A stretch of DNA of 64,000 bases, taken from Octopus sinensis (taxonomy: Eukaryota). A program made the position numbers and the translations under genes. The stretch spans positions 146,630,001-146,694,000 of the forward strand of contig NC_042999.1 in assembly GCF_006345805.1 (NCBI RefSeq), read 5' to 3'. The notes below the pieces were generated by a model, which saw nothing but the letters and a program-made list of their open reading frames with translations, made no database searches and was not told where the DNA came from. Shown here in pieces: positions 52,180 to 64,000 of this stretch (position 1 is its first letter; each line of letters starts with the position of its first letter).

Positions 52180-52390
52180 AAGGCAGCGAGCTAGCAGATT
52201 CGTTAGAACGCCGGTAAAAATGTTTAATGGCATTTCGTCAGCCTCTAGATTCTGAATTTAAATTCCGCCGAGGTCGACTTTACATTTCGGGATAGATAAA
52301 ATTAGTACCAGTTGAGCACTGGGGTTGATATAATCGGCTTTAACTCTCTCACAAAACTGCTGGTGTTGTGGCAAAACGTAAAACCAGTAT
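52180..52390 (+). mobile_element. Diverged SINE copy
   Basis: AAGGCAGCGAGCT.GCAGA.TCGTTAG...AAATTCCGCCGAGGTCGACTTT. Confidence 0.78.
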
Positions 52391-52787
52391 TGTTGATAAC
52401 GAAAAGGTGTCGAGTTGGCAGACTCGTTTCTGTGCTTTCCAACCCCTCACCAGTTATCGGCTATATCACATATATATATATCTTTATATATATATATATA
52501 TATAGTCAATAATAAAAGGGTAAAATTAATTAATTATTAATTAATTTTACCAAGTAGTGTCCAGTATGTAAAAAAACCATTTACGGTATATTTAAAACAT
52601 TACGTTATATAATTAGGGTTCAGTAAAATAATTTACTTTACCACACACCGAACTTTTGGAAATAGCAGCCAAAAAATCTTAGCTATTTCCTCTACTATAT
52701 GAAAAGTCTCCCAGACAACGTATACTCAAAAATAATTCACGCAAGTATAGAGGGAAAAATAACGAAAGATCACACGTACATCGATTC

Positions 52788-52850
52788 CTTGAGAACGCCG
52801 TTTCTGGATTAGTTGGATATAGAGATCAACATTTCCGTCATCAGCTCAAG
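52788..52850 (-). ncRNA. Mirror copy of the hammerhead motif on the minus strand
   Basis: Reverse complement of the 52869-52929 motif, with 6-bp stem I CTTGAG/CTCAAG. Confidence 0.72.
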
Positions 52851-52868
52851 ATTTCTTTATATTTGGAT

Positions 52869-52929
52869 TTGAGCTGATGACGGAAATGTTGATCTCTATA
52901 TCCAACTAATCCAGAAACGGCGTTCTCAA
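52869..52929 (+). ncRNA. Minimal type I hammerhead ribozyme motif, canonical core
   Basis: TTGAG-CTGATGA-C-GGA...TCC-A-GAAA-CGGCG-TT-CTCAA: stem I TTGAG/CTCAA, CUGAUGA and GAAA boxes, GUU triplet. Confidence 0.72.
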
Positions 52930-53357
52930 GGAATCGATGTACGTGTGATCTTTCGTTATTTTTCCCTCTATACCTGCGTGAATTATTTTTGAATATACAT
53001 TGTCTGGGAGATTTTTCTTATAGTAGAGGAAATAGCTAAGATTTTTTGGCTGCTGTTTCTAAAAGTTCGGTGTGTGGTAAAGTAAATTAGTTTACTGAAC
53101 CCTAATTATATAACGTAATGTTTTATATATATATGTGTGTGTGTGTATGTGTGTGTGTATGTGTGTATGTGTGTGTGCATGTATGTATGTAAATTTGGCC
53201 TGTAGTCAACTTTAATCTGCCTATACTCCATCTATGTATTTATTGGCTTATACACCTTTCTTTGGTCGTATTGTTACCCATTATACGCATTCACGCGCAC
53301 GCACACACACTGTCGCGTGCGCATATATATATTATATATATATATATTATATATATA

Positions 53358-53404
<47 letters not shown>

Positions 53405-53719
53405 TATTATACATGTATACATGTGTACACGCCTGAGAATGTATACAGTGTCATAGCTACATTCAATCTCGCTCATATGGTGATTTTACCTTACTTTGAA
53501 TAGATGTCTAGTTTGCCTATTTATGCTCTTCAGGCAATTTAATTTCCAAGTCATTAAAGTAAAGCTGTTGTTTAATATTTATGATGTCTACAATGTTTCA
53601 AACTATTACCTGATACCTGTCACTGAAGTTGCTTTTATTGGCCTACATTTCTCTAGTACTTATTTTGTTAACGTTCTCCATTATTTTTGCAATTTGTGTC
53701 TCACGAGTTTCTAAACCAC

Positions 53720-55060
53720 AATTATCTTCTAAGTGATCAATTTTAGTTTCAAAATCTAAATTAATGTGTTGAGTTTTCATTCCATTGCCTATTTTTTAAA
53801 ATTTGCGTATCATTGGCACATTTGCCAAATCCCGCATCAATTTTCATATTATATCTGAAATATTTTCTGTTTTTAGTATCTGCCGCCTCAGGATATTGTT
53901 TAGTGTATAAAATATGACTTGGATGATATAGTTTGATATCAAACGGTTTATGTGTCACATATAATTTGCAGCCATTTGCAGTTGTATTCAATAAAGTTCT
54001 TAATGGATTCTTTTGTGTATACAACTGTTTCCATACCCTCTCCTTTTTGCATGGATATTGAAGTTTTTTACTTTTGACATGACATCCTTGATATGCTACC
54101 TTAGTATTGGGACTCTTTGGTTTGGTAAGGAGTGATATGCTGTCAAAAGCTTTTAGGCAATCAATCCATGCCATACGTAGAATTTTGTTTCTATTTCTGA
54201 TGCATTCAAAAACAACCCCGCTTATCAATAGCTGTTCGTTATATCCGTATATTTCTTCCGAATACTTCTTTGTTGAGATGCTATTATTTTCAAAATGAGC
54301 AACCATCCTGTTGCAGATTATAAATATTAGGGATATTTTTTTTTATATTGTTGCTAAGTAGTCTATTTATTTATTTTTTTTTATATTGCGGCATTACTAT
54401 AGAAATCCTATATTGCAGCTACTGGGGGAGTAAAACTACAGGATTGATTCTAGTCTCTGTGGAATTCATAGAATTCTGTTACTACCCTTTCATGTGTATT
54501 GCGTTCTTATTTAACCAGTTATTGAAGATTTTATTAATTCCAGGAAAGATTCAGTTACTCTCAGTCTTAGATGTGTTGGTAAAACTCTCGCTGTTTATAC
54601 TGGGCAGTATCTACAGTGTTCTTAAGTCCCCTCTCCTACTCGTTTCAATTCGATTCTGCTTCTACTTTGTGCTAAGTGTTCTACATGCGTTCCTAATATT
54701 GGATTTCCACTGTTGTGTTTGTATATCACAGTGCTGTGTTCTTTTTTTCTTATTGCTGTTTCAAATATTTGATAAGAAGATCTCTCACCGTTTATTCAAT
54801 AATCATAACCAACTTGTATTTCTTCAGGATCCGTTGTTTCCAACGTCCTTTCACTTCCCGAATACCTTTTTTTTTTTTTCCTTGATAATATATTTTCTTA
54901 ATGTTACCTCCGATTTCTCTTTCACAGTTATTATGAGTAAAGAGAGACATTTTATGCAAATTGTGTATAGCATATTTTTTTTCACAATTCTGTGTAGGAT
55001 TGGATAAAGAACAATTTTCTCCACCTGTGGCAAACCCGGTTTCCATCGCCACTGTAACGA
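53720..55060 (-). pseudogene. Degraded R4/Dong-type RT
   Basis: ORF 53761-54306 has GYNEQLLISGVVFECIRNRNKILRMAWIDCLKAFDSI (cf. GCKDQLLI..L.MAWIDY.KAFDSV) and later MKIDAGFGKCA (cf. M.FGL.KCA). Confidence 0.75.
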
Positions 55061-55129
55061 TCTGGTTTTATCATGTACAAAGTATTTTCTGGAGTATCCG
55101 TGGTATCACATTCTGTAATCATTTTATCG

Positions 55130-55321
55130 TTTCTCTTTTACTTGTTTCTGTCATTGGACTGCGGCCGCGCTGACGCACCACAATCAATCGTTTCGTTGAA
55201 CAAATCGATCCCAGTTCTTTAAAATATGAATTCTGGTACTTATTCTGTTGATCGCTTTTGCCGAACCACTGTGTTAGGCGGAAATAAACAACCCAAAAGC
55301 GCTTCTAAAGCGTTAGAAATA

Positions 55322-55330
<9 letters not shown>
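55130..55330 (-). mobile_element. SINE 3' half
   Basis: TCTTTACTTGTTTC.GTCATTGGACTG.GGCC...GTACTTATTCT...TTTTGCCGAACC is the reverse complement of the 39.6 kb tail. Confidence 0.75.
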
Positions 55331-55387
<57 letters not shown>

Positions 55388-55390
<3 letters not shown>

Positions 55391-55735
55391 GAGGCCCAGT
55401 CGTTAGGGCAGCGGACTCGCGGTCGTAGGAAATGCGGTTTCGATTCCCAGACCGAGCGTTGTGAGTGTTTATTGAGCGAAAACATCTAAAGCTCCACGAG
55501 GCTCCTGCAGGGGTGGTGGCTAACCCTGCTGTACTCTTTCACCACAACTCTCTCTCACTCTTTCTTCTTGTTTCTGTTGTACCTGTATTTCAAAGGGCCA
55601 GCCTTGTCACACACTGTTTCATGCTGAATTTTCCCTGAGAACTCCGTTAACGGCACACGTGTCAGTGGAGTGGCCAGCCACTTACACATTAATTTCACTA
55701 GCAGGCTGTCGTCGTAACCGACGGAGTGCCACGAT
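55388..55735 (+). mobile_element. tRNA-derived SINE (third family) in a (CA)n/(TA)n context
   Basis: Head GGCCCAGTCGTTAGGGCAGCGGACTC...GGTTTCGATTCCC with A/B-box spacing, followed by a ~270 bp body. Confidence 0.65.
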
Positions 55736-57088
55736 ATATATAGATATATATAGTGAAAATATGTAGAAAACGTATAAAAAGGGGAAGAGAAATGCCTTCG
55801 TTTCACATGGTTTTAATATCTTTTTTATAAAATAATATATACATATTATTTTATGGATGGTAAAAGTCTCATTAAATATGCTCAACCACATGCGCACGGC
55901 ACGCACAAACACACATACGCATACACACTGAATTGAATTTATGCTTTACGAGCGAGAGGTATTCATTTTTGTTTGTTTTAACAGTAGTTTGCTAATGAGA
56001 TGATCTATAATATAATATAGTTTGGTGTATATTCTGAGGAATGGGGTTTAATCTAGCAAACCGTTTGTGCATATACGTGACGAATGGAGACCTATCAATG
56101 TTGCTGAAATAATACTGATACGATCTATTGTGCCATATATTGTATAATAACATTTCGGCAATGATCGGGTGAAGTGGCAATGAATCGATTGTAGTATTGT
56201 GCAACAAAGTGTGTTGCCTAGTCTATTATCATTTTGCTAAAATACACACACAGACACACACACACGCATACACACATATCGTCTTCATCACAATCATTTA
56301 ACATTCGTTGTCCATGCTGGCACGGGTTGAACGGTTTGGCTAGAGATGGTAAGGTGAGGGGCTGCACCGGACTAAAGTCTGATTTGGCATGGTCTTTACG
56401 GTGGGAAGCCTTTCCTAACTCCACTAGCCTTTCCTATGTATGTATGTATGTATGTATGTATGTATGTATGTATGTATGTATGTATGTATGTATGTATGTA
56501 TGCTTGCATGTAAGTATGTATGTATTTAAATATGTATGTATATATGTATATATACGACAGTCACTGTTTTCGCCTCCCAGTCCGACCCTCAAGGCATTTG
56601 TCGGCCCAAGGCTATCATAGAGGACACTTTCCTGAGGAAATATGCAATGGTATCGAGCGGGAAACCACCTAGTTGCAAAACAGGATTGTCAATCGCATAG
56701 ACATGCGTACAACACTTTGTCCCTGAAGGTATTTACTCTTAACGTGTGAGGCTAAGTGTTTCTCTGTTCCCTCTTTGTTCATTTTCTTACGAGCACATTC
56801 CCATTTCACCAAAGTGTTCTTTGGAGCGCCTGCCGATTTTTCTTATTCTATTCTGGCATGTGTTGCTATTCAGTCTATATTGTCCGTGTAGCCGATAACT
56901 TTCTTTTTCGTAGTCGGGTATAATAGTGTTCATTTCTCTTTGCATTATGAGATTCTGTAATTTCCCTGTGTCTGTTTTTATTTATTCAAATTGCTTTCTT
57001 TCTTCATAAAAGAATCATTTCTGTTATCTTAATTGCATTTTGAAGGCGCACCCACTAGATAAATGCAATTATTCCTTTTGTCATTGTA

Positions 57089-57276
57089 CAGGGTGTTCAA
57101 AAAGTCTCTCCACAGTGCATATTTTCCATCCTGACTCTCCAAGAGGTATTTCAAAACTTATTTAAAAGAGTCAACTTATGTACTAAAGTCTAATATATTC
57201 AGTTTGTAGTCTTATACCATCTTATAAATATTTTGCTACAAAATAATTACTGCGGAGAGACTTTTTGAACACCCTG
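57089..57276. mobile_element. Tc1/mariner-type MITE (188 bp)
   Basis: TA|CAGGGTGTTCAAAAAGTCTCTCC.CAGT...ACTG.GGAGAGACTTTTTGAACACCCTG|TG; ~28 bp TIR, right TSD mutated. Confidence 0.88.
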
Positions 57277-57349
57277 TGTGCATTATGCGCGGTGGATTTT
57301 CTCTATTTTTACAAATGCTCAGTGCTTTGATATTGTTTAAATATATCTT

Positions 57350-57975
57350 TATATACACACGTCAAGAGCGTCGCCTAAACATCTTTCACCTGCGCTGCCT
57401 CCGAAAAATCCTCCGCATCAAATGGCAGAATCATATCCCCAACAAAGATGTCCTCAGGCAAGCAGGAATACCAAGCATGTTTGCACTCCTCACACAAAGA
57501 CGTATGAGATGGCTTGGGCATGTTAGCCGTATGAAAGATGGCAGAATCCCCAAGGACATACTCTACGGAGCGCTTGCTAGGGGTACTAGGTCTGTGGGTA
57601 GACCGATCTTACGTTACAAGGATGTTTGCAAAAGGGAAAGGAAGGCCTGCAACATCAATATTAGCGGTTGGGAGGCAGTTGCCGGCAACCGTGGAGAATG
57701 GCGACGTACCGTAAAAGAGGGAATACAAAGGAGTGACAGAGAGAGAGAGAGGAGAAATGGAAAGAAAAGAAGAGACGTCAACAAGAGACTATGGCATTAC
57801 AACCAGCCAGGAACAGTCTTCGCTACATTTGCGGTACCTGCCAGAAGGAGTGTTTGTACAGGATAGGACTACACAGCCACAGCATGAAATGTATCAGGAC
57901 ATGAAATATAAAAGCCGGACTAGACTACTTTATGCGCAACTCCATTGTCTCCCGAGACAGAAAGGATGCCAACAA
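57350..57975 (+). mobile_element. 5'-truncated RTE-clade LINE (ORF2 C-terminus plus 3' tail)
   Basis: RRLNIFHLRCLRKILRIKWQ..IPN..VL...RMRWLGHVSRMKDGRIPKDILYG..GRP.LRYKDVCK, a frameshifted C-terminal Cys/His finger, and terminal stem-loop TGTCTCCCGAGACA followed by GATGCCAACAA. Confidence 0.92.
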
Positions 57976-58389
57976 TATCTTTATATGAGTTATTATTACA
58001 AATCGGCTCGGAATCGCTTATGCTTTTAAATTCAGCTTCTGTTTCATATTTGCGTTTGTTTTACTGTTTCCAAGTCTTCTCTTTAAAGAAGTTAATCAGC
58101 ATTGGTATCTGTATATCTATGTAACGAACCAATAATAAACAATATTGTCATGTGTTCTTCTTGTAATTGTTTTTATTTTTAGTGAACGCTAACCGTATTA
58201 ATAGAAATATTTGTTGTGATTTAGCCTTTTGAGAACTCATTTCTAAAAATTGTATTATATGTGCATCAGAGAAATGTCATTAAACCACATTACGACAGTC
58301 TTAATAAACCCGAAGCAGAAAGACATTTTTCATTTTGTTTGTTACTAGTTTCGTCGACGTTTATGTATATATATGAATGTATGTATATG

Positions 58390-58473
<84 letters not shown>

Positions 58474-58569
58474 TATGTGTGTGTGTGTGGGTGTGTACGC
58501 GTGCGTGTATGTGTGCGTGTTTATGTATGCGTGTGTATATAGATATGCATCAAAAGGTATGATATGCCT

Positions 58570-59290
58570 AGTCCATAAAGAAGGAAATAGAATAGATCCT
58601 AAAAATTAGAGCTCTCCATCTGATTTCACATGTTAGCAAGGAACACATTGTGAGGATGAGTCTGATCATGTTCCTAGAATAAAATTTCTTGCCTAAAAAC
58701 ACATAACATGGTTTCCGTCTAGGAAGGAGCTGTCTCACACAGCTGCTACAGCATCATGGCTGGTTACTGAAAGAGTAGCTTAACCCCTCAAATTTGGATG
58801 TGATATATCCTAACAAAATCAATAATGGCATGATATGTCACACACACACTACGTGACCTTGGTATGGCTGGAGAACTAGGAGAGTGGCTGCATGACACTT
58901 TTAAAATATACAAATCAGACAGGCAGTGGTGTTCTCTCAAGGAGACATCAATACACAGCTGAGTCCGTCAATTAGCTCAAATGAAACCTCTATTGCTTGT
59001 GGTAGCTCTCTCAGACATCTCCTCAGCCATACAGTCAGCCACTCTCGGCAGTTATACTGATGATATAAAAGTATCACAGGCGGTTAAGGAGTCTGAAACT
59101 GCCAAAACGAATTGAATGCAACATACAAATGGGGTAATGAAAATAACAGGCGTTTCAAGCATTTTACTATCGACCCATAAACAGACTACAGCCGGAGTAC
59201 TCTGGACCAGGGACTAGTGCAATCTCAGAGCCAGAATCGGTACTTGACGTGCGGAATCAATATAAGGATTTATACAACTGTGATCACCGC
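58570..59290 (+). pseudogene. Degraded CR1-like RT fragment
   Basis: HGFRLGRSCLTQLLQH (~58707), LDVIY (~58795) and YTDDIKV (~59053), in order. Confidence 0.78.
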
Positions 59291-59483
59291 GGAACGTCAA
59301 ATTTGTGGTGGAACTTGAGGCAAATCGGTACCAATACACAAAGAAAATACACTCGGTGAAACGGGTTGAACTAATAGATGTTAAAATAATAATAATAATA
59401 ATAATGATAATAACAATAATGATAATATTAATAACATCGAAAAATACGTTAGGAATGGGAATCCAGGTTCGAAATTTCCCCAA

Positions 59484-59529
59484 GACACGTGATGAAGTCT
59501 GGAGGGTATATCAGCCGAAACGTTGTGTT
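59484..59529 (+). ncRNA. Minimal type I hammerhead-like motif (C3>G variant) near the end of a short element
   Basis: GACAC-GTGATGA-AGTCTG-gagggtatat-CAGCC-GAAA-CG-TT-GTGTT; the element ends with tandem AATGTAAAT and (TA)n. Confidence 0.6.
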
Positions 59530-59570
59530 AACAATAAAAAAAACATATATCCGTCAATGTAAATAATGTA

Positions 59571-59612
<42 letters not shown>

Positions 59613-60574
59613 TTTGCTGGAGTACCGTTTTTCAATATGTTTGGGTTTCTTAACGAGTAAGATGATGGAGCTACACTTCGTTGTCTTTCTTTTCACGATG
59701 TAGATTCCTCTACTATCTCAGATAGAAATTTTCTTAGATACCCTTTGAAGACCTACACCTCACAGCCCTCCGCCCCAACATTCGAATCTGTCCGAAATAA
59801 AAGCAAAGTGACGAGAAAGCCTGATATGAACGCGTTTGTTGTATATGAAATTTTGAGTTGTGGATGTATGTCGGACTGTCATTTTCAACTGACGGATGGA
59901 TCTGGTTACCGACCCACAATCAATTCACCATCTACCTTAGGCAGAAAGCAGCGATTAGTCTCCTTCTATCATGTCACTATGGTGACTTAAGTTATATGAT
60001 GGCCAAACGCTTCTTAACCTTTGGAGTACCACTTGAAAGGCAAAGTGCAATGAAAGAGAGAAACGCTGCTTTCTAGTATTTCATTTAAAATGCTGAAAGT
60101 GTTGAAATTGGCGTTATCAAATGATAATTCTATAATTATACGGCAGTAGGTTGTCAACGACACCGGGAGACGGCATTTTCCTTGAGGATTTCAGGTTAAT
60201 TACAATGTATGAGTGTGCGAATGAAAGGAGGGACTTCCTTGTATCACTCTAATGGCTGCCTTCTAATTTATGCTTCTTTATTGTTGTTATTATTTTAGTC
60301 ACAATAATTATTGTGTCTTTATTGTTACTGTTGAATATGCCCACAGTTTTGTTATATTTTTTCTTCCTCATATTGTTACGGACGACTTAAGCCTATGTAG
60401 CCTTAAATGAAACGTTTATTTTTAGTTCATTAGTACCTGTATTTCATCAGAGCATTGTTAGATATCATTGCCTCTACTTCGTTTCCATATAACATTGTGT
60501 GGAACATATGTTTTTGTAACACCTTTATAACGCAATTTCCATTGTATAAATAGGCTCTGAAAGCAATAAGAGAA

Positions 60575-60808
60575 ATGATAACTATCATTATTATTATTGT
60601 TATTATTATTATTATTATTATATTATTATTATTATTATTAGTAGTAGTAGTAGTAGTAGTATTGTTGTTGTTGTTGCTATTATTATTATTATTATTATCA
60701 TTATTATCATTATTGTTATTATTATTATTAGTATTATCATTATTATCATTATTGTTATTGTTATTATTATTATTATCATTATTGTTATTATTATTATTAT
60801 TATTATTA

Positions 60809-60855
<47 letters not shown>

Positions 60856-60864
60856 ATTATTATT
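60575..60864. repeat. (TTA)n-dominated trinucleotide field
   Basis: Direct reading. Confidence 0.95.
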
Positions 60865-61420
60865 GAGTGAGAGAGCAGTGCATGCCATCAAAGTGACACT
60901 GGGGTAAAATATACGAAGCCCAGCATACCCATCATAACTACCCGTCTGATAAGGGTACACCAGGCACATGCATCACAACCATATGTGCGCGACATGGTGA
61001 TCTCATATCAAGATAAACAGCACATGACCTTGCAGGTGGGGCCCAGTTAGAATTTTCTTCAGGTCGAGTAGCCCATCCTGCTCAAAAGGTCCCTAAATAA
61101 GGGTTGCTTTAGGATGTTGAACGAAACACCTATGTTTCCAGAGGTAATTATTCAAACTCCAAAGAATCCCTCTCAACACATGGCTATGATGCTCCCCCAC
61201 TACTTCTGCTCGTGATCAGAGATGCACGTATTGTCAGCCACTAAGGGACATGCTCAACTGGTTAAGGTCAAACAACTGACAAGCAAATCTGTGGTATTGA
61301 GCAGAATATTTGCTGTAGCCCATCTTTTATACCAAGACAAAACAATGTACATGATGACACTTCCAATCAGTTAAAATCAGAAGCCATGAGAGCCACTGCC
61401 TGGTACTGCATCAGGGCATT
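60865..61420 (-). mobile_element. Non-coding ~555 bp element inserted in (TAA)n; same family as 38129-38640
   Basis: Sharp boundaries against (ATT)n on both sides, homologous copy in the window, no ORF. Confidence 0.85.
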
Positions 61421-61469
61421 TATTATTATTATTATTATTATTATTATGATTATTATGATTATTATTATG

Positions 61470-61509
<40 letters not shown>

Positions 61510-63293
61510 GTAGTAGTAGTAGTAGTGGTGGCAGCAAGAACAGCAATAGAAGCAGCAGCTATATTATGCATTTAATTTTAGTCTCTTATTGATTCTTAAT
61601 ATGTTGTTAGCGTTCACAAACACCACACTGAACAACTTTCCTCCGGTACAATCACCTTGTTGATGATTAGCCGAATACGGCGTTGTGTCTTATTTTATGT
61701 TGTATGTTGCTTCATCTCCGTTATAGCCAACCAGTGATTAATTTCAATTTGCTTCCACATAGCGCCGCACTAACACAATCTCACTTAAATTTCAATCACT
61801 GTGCTGCTTAGAGTTAGTCGTTTTCCCATTCATTTTATTGTAATTTCCTTTTGACATTTTTCGCTCAAACACCTGCTCTCATTTATGCAGCTATCTCTTA
61901 TTGTAGCTCACATGCCATATACCATCATGTAGCTAATGAAATACTGAGTTTCATTTATGCAACACAAGTAATGTATTTTTTATGACCAGAGGTAAATCCA
62001 ATACAGCAAAATTTCTTTACATTTCATCTATTCGCTGCATTTCATTTGTATGTTTGTTTGTTTTTGTTTTTTTTTTGTTTGTGATATCTTTCGTTTTCTC
62101 TTAATGTTAAATTAACTTCCCTTTTAATGAAGAACCTGCATATTACGGCGACGATGATCCTGATGGTGATGCCGAAGCTGATTTCGATGCTAATTGTGGT
62201 ATCCATGTAAATTTATATATAACTATACACATATAAATCTAGAAACATACACACACAAACACACACACACGCACACAAACAGACACACTTACGTGCATTT
62301 GTATACATACGCATGTTTATGACATATACATATACTTATATAAACGCTTGTATCTGCATATGCATATACATACATACATACATACACACATACATACATA
62401 CATACACTCACACACACGCACACACATATATATATACATACATACATACATACATATATACATATATATATATATACATATATGTCCTTTTCTAAATGTT
62501 AAAATCTTATTTATTATACCAAAAATATCGTAATACATAAATTTTGTTAAATTCGGATATACATTATTTATTATACAAAAAAATTATAGTAATATATAAA
62601 TTTTGATGAATTTAGATACACATTCCCCACCCCGTACGCTTAATGCCTATTTAGATTTCATTTTTACCTCTTTTGTTTTCTATTTTCGGCCCCTTTTAAC
62701 TGATAATAATAAAATAGTTTATGTCACCCATATCCTTCCACTTTCTGGACATATGCCTCTATCTTACTGACATCTTCTGAGACATGTTTCTTCATGTGTC
62801 ATAGCGAAATTATAGCAAAAAGTAAAATAGGAGGAGGTAAGAGTATCTGATATCAATTTATTTATCATCAGCAGCTACAACTTTACTGTCAATTCCAAGT
62901 AGTTTAAATTCTTAGTGGACGTAGGATACTAGCTGCATTGGCTCTTTTGATTGGGATAAGGAGAAAGATAAATGTAGCTATGTTACGATCTCTTGACACC
63001 CATTGTTCTTCTCTTCTGCCACTCCAGATTATAGTTGGGGTATTTTCACCCTAAGTTCATTCTGCTACAATGATAGCACCAGGCACGTGATTCTTTTATT
63101 CGCTAGTTCTGATGAAAAAATTTGCTAAAAAAATTATAATGGACTATCCTGTATGTTGAAAACCTATATGGTGTTATGCGTCCCATGAAAGTGGTGCATT
63201 TCAAATTGATGTAATCTTGCATTGATCGATTAAATGGAGCCGCCTGAAACAGCCGTAATGCACTAATACCTTGACATCCTTGTTACTTATTTG

Positions 63294-63327
<34 letters not shown>

Positions 63328-63579
63328 GGGATAGTATTGTTTTATGCTTTCATCCTAGAGGCTGTGGCTATGCTAGGGAACCATTAATATTATAAGGCTT
63401 TCAAAGGTTAATATTTTGTGATTGGCTTTGGTTAAGGAAGAAGTTCAATACTGCTGCCCTCGATAATACCCATCCACAAAAAAGAAAATTATTCGCTACA
63501 CGGACAATACAGACTGAAGAGCAACACATGTCAGAATAGAATAAGAAAGATCGGCAAGCACTCCAAAGAACACTTGTCT

Positions 63580-63800
63580 GTTTGTGTGTGTGTGTGTGCC
63601 TGTATTTGTTCCATCCATCGCTCGAAAACCGATGTAGGTGTGTTTAGGTCCCCGTAACTTAGCGGTTCGGCAAAAGAGACCGACACAATAAGTACTAGGC
63701 TTACAAAGAATAAGTCCCAGGGTCGATTTGTTCGACTAAAGGCGGTGCTCCAGCATGGACACAGTCAAATCACTGCAACAAGTAAAAGAATAAGAAAAAA
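63580..63800 (+). mobile_element. SINE 3' half
   Basis: GTCCCGTAACTTAGCGGTTCGGCAAAAGAGACCGA...CAAGTAAAAGAATAAG. Confidence 0.85.
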
Positions 63801-64000
63801 TACATACATGCATCTATCTATCTATCAATCTGTCTGCCTGCCTGTCTCTCTCTCTCTTCGTCTTTGCCTCTGCCTCTGTCTCTCTCTATATATATATGTG
63901 TGTATATACATACACACACATACACACACACATATATTTATAGGCATATATGTATATCTAGAGTCACATACATAGATGATGCATAAGTACTTACGCATAT

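Larger units (their letters stand above)
52593..53125. repeat. Long inverted repeat (~257 bp arms, 19-nt spacer); each arm carries a hammerhead motif
   Basis: 52593-52849 is the reverse complement of 52869-53125 with a few substitutions. The left arm extends to 52503, and both ends meet TA-rich tracts. Confidence 0.96.

Noticed and set aside
54348-55007. 219-aa hydrophobic ORF resembling a membrane protein
   Set aside because: Antisense to an A-rich degraded R4/Dong ORF; the hydrophobicity is compositional.
61360-61420. HDV-like ribozyme at the 5' end of the TAA-targeting element
   Set aside because: Could not assign the P1/P1.1/P2/P3 nested pseudoknot by eye.

Overview
This is a repeat-saturated, AT-rich eukaryotic window. 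The SINE families, microsatellite load and TE mix suggest a cephalopod such as Octopus (inference from recognition, not a search). No host protein-coding gene is confidently identifiable; most ORFs in the track are microsatellite translations. It contains a near-intact Ty3/Gypsy element (tRNA-Trp-like PBS, G-GGA-AAC slippery site plus predicted pseudoknot), an ORF1-only LINE-like element with a hidden CCHC knuckle, a Helitron with both termini, a 1.25 kb solo LTR, two Tc1/mariner-type MITEs, CR1, RTE and R4/Dong remnants, many tRNA-derived SINEs and a 100-N gap. The most interesting signal is a set of short non-coding modules embedded in (TA)n tracts. They form long fold-back palindromes (6.0, 27.1, 50.8, 52.6-53.1 kb) and/or carry minimal type I hammerhead-ribozyme motifs (6.3, 25.9, 27.6, 50.4, 52.8 x2, 59.5 kb); two are attached to Penelope GIY-YIG C-terminal coding remnants. 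A candidate small spliced gene lies at about 30.5-31.4 kb. Coordinates were counted by hand, and boundaries of degraded repeats are approximate.
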